From Elusimicrobia bacterium HGW-Elusimicrobia-3 (GTDB lineage Bacteria; Elusimicrobiota; Elusimicrobia; Elusimicrobiales; UBA9959): DNA of 64,000 bases. This document shows, one piece after another, positions 62,722 to 64,000 of the stretch. The DNA is taken from the NCBI GenBank assembly GCA_002840355.1, contig PHAL01000003.1, forward strand, positions 7,808 to 71,807, written 5' to 3'. The notes under the pieces are model-generated. The model was not told where the DNA came from, ran no database searches, and worked only from the letters and a program-made list of their open reading frames with translations. The stretch's first letter is position 1, and each line of letters begins with the position of its first letter. The position numbers and the translations under genes were made by a program.

Positions 62722-64000
62722 ATGAGCGCTAAAAAAGAGACCACGCAATCCCCCATAGCCATAGTGGGCATAGGCTGCCTTTTCCCCAAAGCGGAAAACG
62801 CCCGCCGGTTCTGGGCCAACATAAAGAGCGGCGTGGACGCCATCACCGAAGTCCCCTCCTCCCACTGGCTCCCCGAAGAGCATTACGACAAGAACCCCAA
62901 GAAGCCGGACATGACCTATGCCCGCCGCGGCGGCTTCATCCTCCCCGTGGATTTCGACCCGTCCGAGTTCGGCCTGGCGCCCAACGCGCTCGAGGCCACC
63001 GACAGCGCCCAGCTGCTGGGCCTGCTGACCGCCAAGATGGCCCTCGAGGACGCGGGCTACGGCCCCGGCCGCGATTTCGACCGGAGCCGCGTCAGCGTGG
63101 TCCTCGGCGTCACCGGCGCGCTCGAGCTGGTCATCCCCCTCGGCGCCCGCCTGGGCCACCCGAAGTGGCGCAAGGCCCTCGGCGAGTTCGGCATAGCCGG
63201 CGCCGACGCCGAAGCCATCATCGCCCGCATGCAGGAGGACTATGTCCCGTGGCAGGAGAGCTCCTTCCCCGGCCTGCTGGGCAACGTGGTCAGCGGCCGC
63301 ATAGCCAACCGCTTCAACCTCGGCGGCACCAACTGCGTGGTGGACGCGGCCTGCGGCAGCTCGCTGGGCGCCGTGCACATGGCCACGCTGGAGCTCGCGG
63401 CCGGCCGTTCCTCCATGGTGGTCACCGGCGGCGTGGACTGCTTCAACGACATTTTTATGTACATGTGCTTCAGCAAGACCCCGGCGCTGTCCGCCTCCGG
63501 CGACGCCAGGTCCTTCGACGCCTCCGCCGACGGCACCGCCCTGGGCGAGGGCCTGGGCATGATGGTGATGAAGCGCCTCGAGGACGCCGTGAAGGACGGC
63601 GACCGGATCTACGCCGTGCTCAAGGGCGTGGGCTCCTCCTCCGACGGCAAGGGCAAGGCCATTTACGCCCCCAGCTCCGAGGGCCAGGCGCGCGCGCTGC
63701 GCAACGCCTACGCCGCAGCCGGCGTGGACCCCGCCACCGTGGAACTGGCCGAGGCGCACGGCACCGGCACCACCGTGGGCGACGGCGTGGAACTGGACGC
63801 CCTCACCGAGGTTTACCGCGACAGCAAAAAGGAGGGCACCTGGTGCGCCCTCGGTTCGGTCAAATCCATGATCGGCCACACCAAGGCCGCCGCCGGCTCG
63901 GCCGGTCTGATCAAGGCCGCCCTCTCGCTCTACAATAAAACGCTCCCCCCGACCATAAAGGTCAACGCCCCGCTGAAGGCGCTGGCCGAGGGCAATACCC
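62722..64000 (+). CDS. pfaA: PfaA-like polyketide/PUFA synthase, N-terminal ketosynthase domain (3' partial, runs off window)
   Basis: Frame 1 is open from ATG 62722 to the window end, so it is not listed in the ORF track. Own translation gives 'IAIVGIGCLFP', the active-site 'VDAACGSSL', 'EAHGTGT' and 'GSVKSMIGHTKAAAG'. Confidence 0.9.
   Translation, partial: MSAKKETTQSPIAIVGIGCLFPKAENARRFWANIKSGVDAITEVPSSHWLPEEHYDKNPKKPDMTYARRGGFILPVDFDPSEFGLAPNALEATDSAQLLGLLTAKMALEDAGYGPGRDFDRSRVSVVLGVTGALELVIPLGARLGHPKWRKALGEFGIAGADAEAIIARMQEDYVPWQESSFPGLLGNVVSGRIANRFNLGGTNCVVDAACGSSLGAVHMATLELAAGRSSMVVTGGVDCFNDIFMYMCFSKTPALSASGDARSFDASADGTALGEGLGMMVMKRLEDAVKDGDRIYAVLKGVGSSSDGKGKAIYAPSSEGQARALRNAYAAAGVDPATVELAEAHGTGTTVGDGVELDALTEVYRDSKKEGTWCALGSVKSMIGHTKAAAGSAGLIKAALSLYNKTLPPTIKVNAPLKALAEGNT

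Noticed and set aside
62671-63938. ORF-track entries 62671-63879 (minus) and 63165-63938 (plus) over the last 1.3 kb
   Set aside because: The real gene is in plus frame 1 from ATG 62722 and has textbook ketosynthase motifs. It is missing from the track only because it has no stop codon inside the window.

Overview
High-GC (by eye mid-60s %) chromosomal fragment from a diderm bacterium: LptF/LptG, a TolC-like protein and several beta-barrel OMPs are present. It is densely packed with about 55 protein genes, many with overlapping stop/start codons. I found no rRNA, tRNA, CRISPR array, transposase or integrase. All calls rest on motif recognition by eye, with no database search. Layout: (1) 1-1.6 kb holds a GAF/HD-GYP signalling protein and OsmC. 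(2) 2.0-20.7 kb is a large envelope-glycan locus. It contains a WecA/MraY-like initiating transferase, an RmlD-like reductase, two polyprenyl-phosphate-type GT2s, a DegT aminotransferase, two GT-C (ArnT/PMT-like) membrane transferases, a methyltransferase, a carbamoyltransferase with its DUF5989 and SxtJ-like partners, two CDP-paratose-epimerase-like SDRs, two tandem B12-binding radical SAM enzymes, a GT4 and a FAD oxidoreductase. (3) 20.7-37.9 kb is mainly housekeeping: mtgA, dapA, dapF, patatin, TolC-like, PPi-type PFK, dnaE, NUDIX, tkt, lptFG. (4) 38.1-43.4 kb is a 1,776-aa SprA/Sov-like giant outer-membrane protein (the type IX secretion translocon family), followed by comF. (5) 44.4-49.4 kb holds a GH13 enzyme, an output-less Cache protein, a third GT-C-like protein and an RNA m5U methyltransferase. 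(6) 49.5-57.0 kb is a tightly coupled four-gene operon: an Ig-like protein with a T9SS-type C-terminal sorting domain, a PorV-like barrel with a TPR tail, a helical secreted protein, and a 1,424-aa repeat fibre. I consider this, together with the SprA-like gene, the best candidate for a non-canonical or undescribed surface-secretion module. (7) 57.1-64 kb holds small envelope proteins, a radical SAM/SPASM plus methyltransferase pair, and the start of a pfaD-pfaA PUFA-synthase-type locus that is cut by the window end. Non-coding observations: a ~145-nt intergenic repeat family (3 copies, two forming an inverted pair) with a covarying hairpin, recurring AT-rich TATAAT-type boxes placed very close to start codons, and several clear hairpin terminators.
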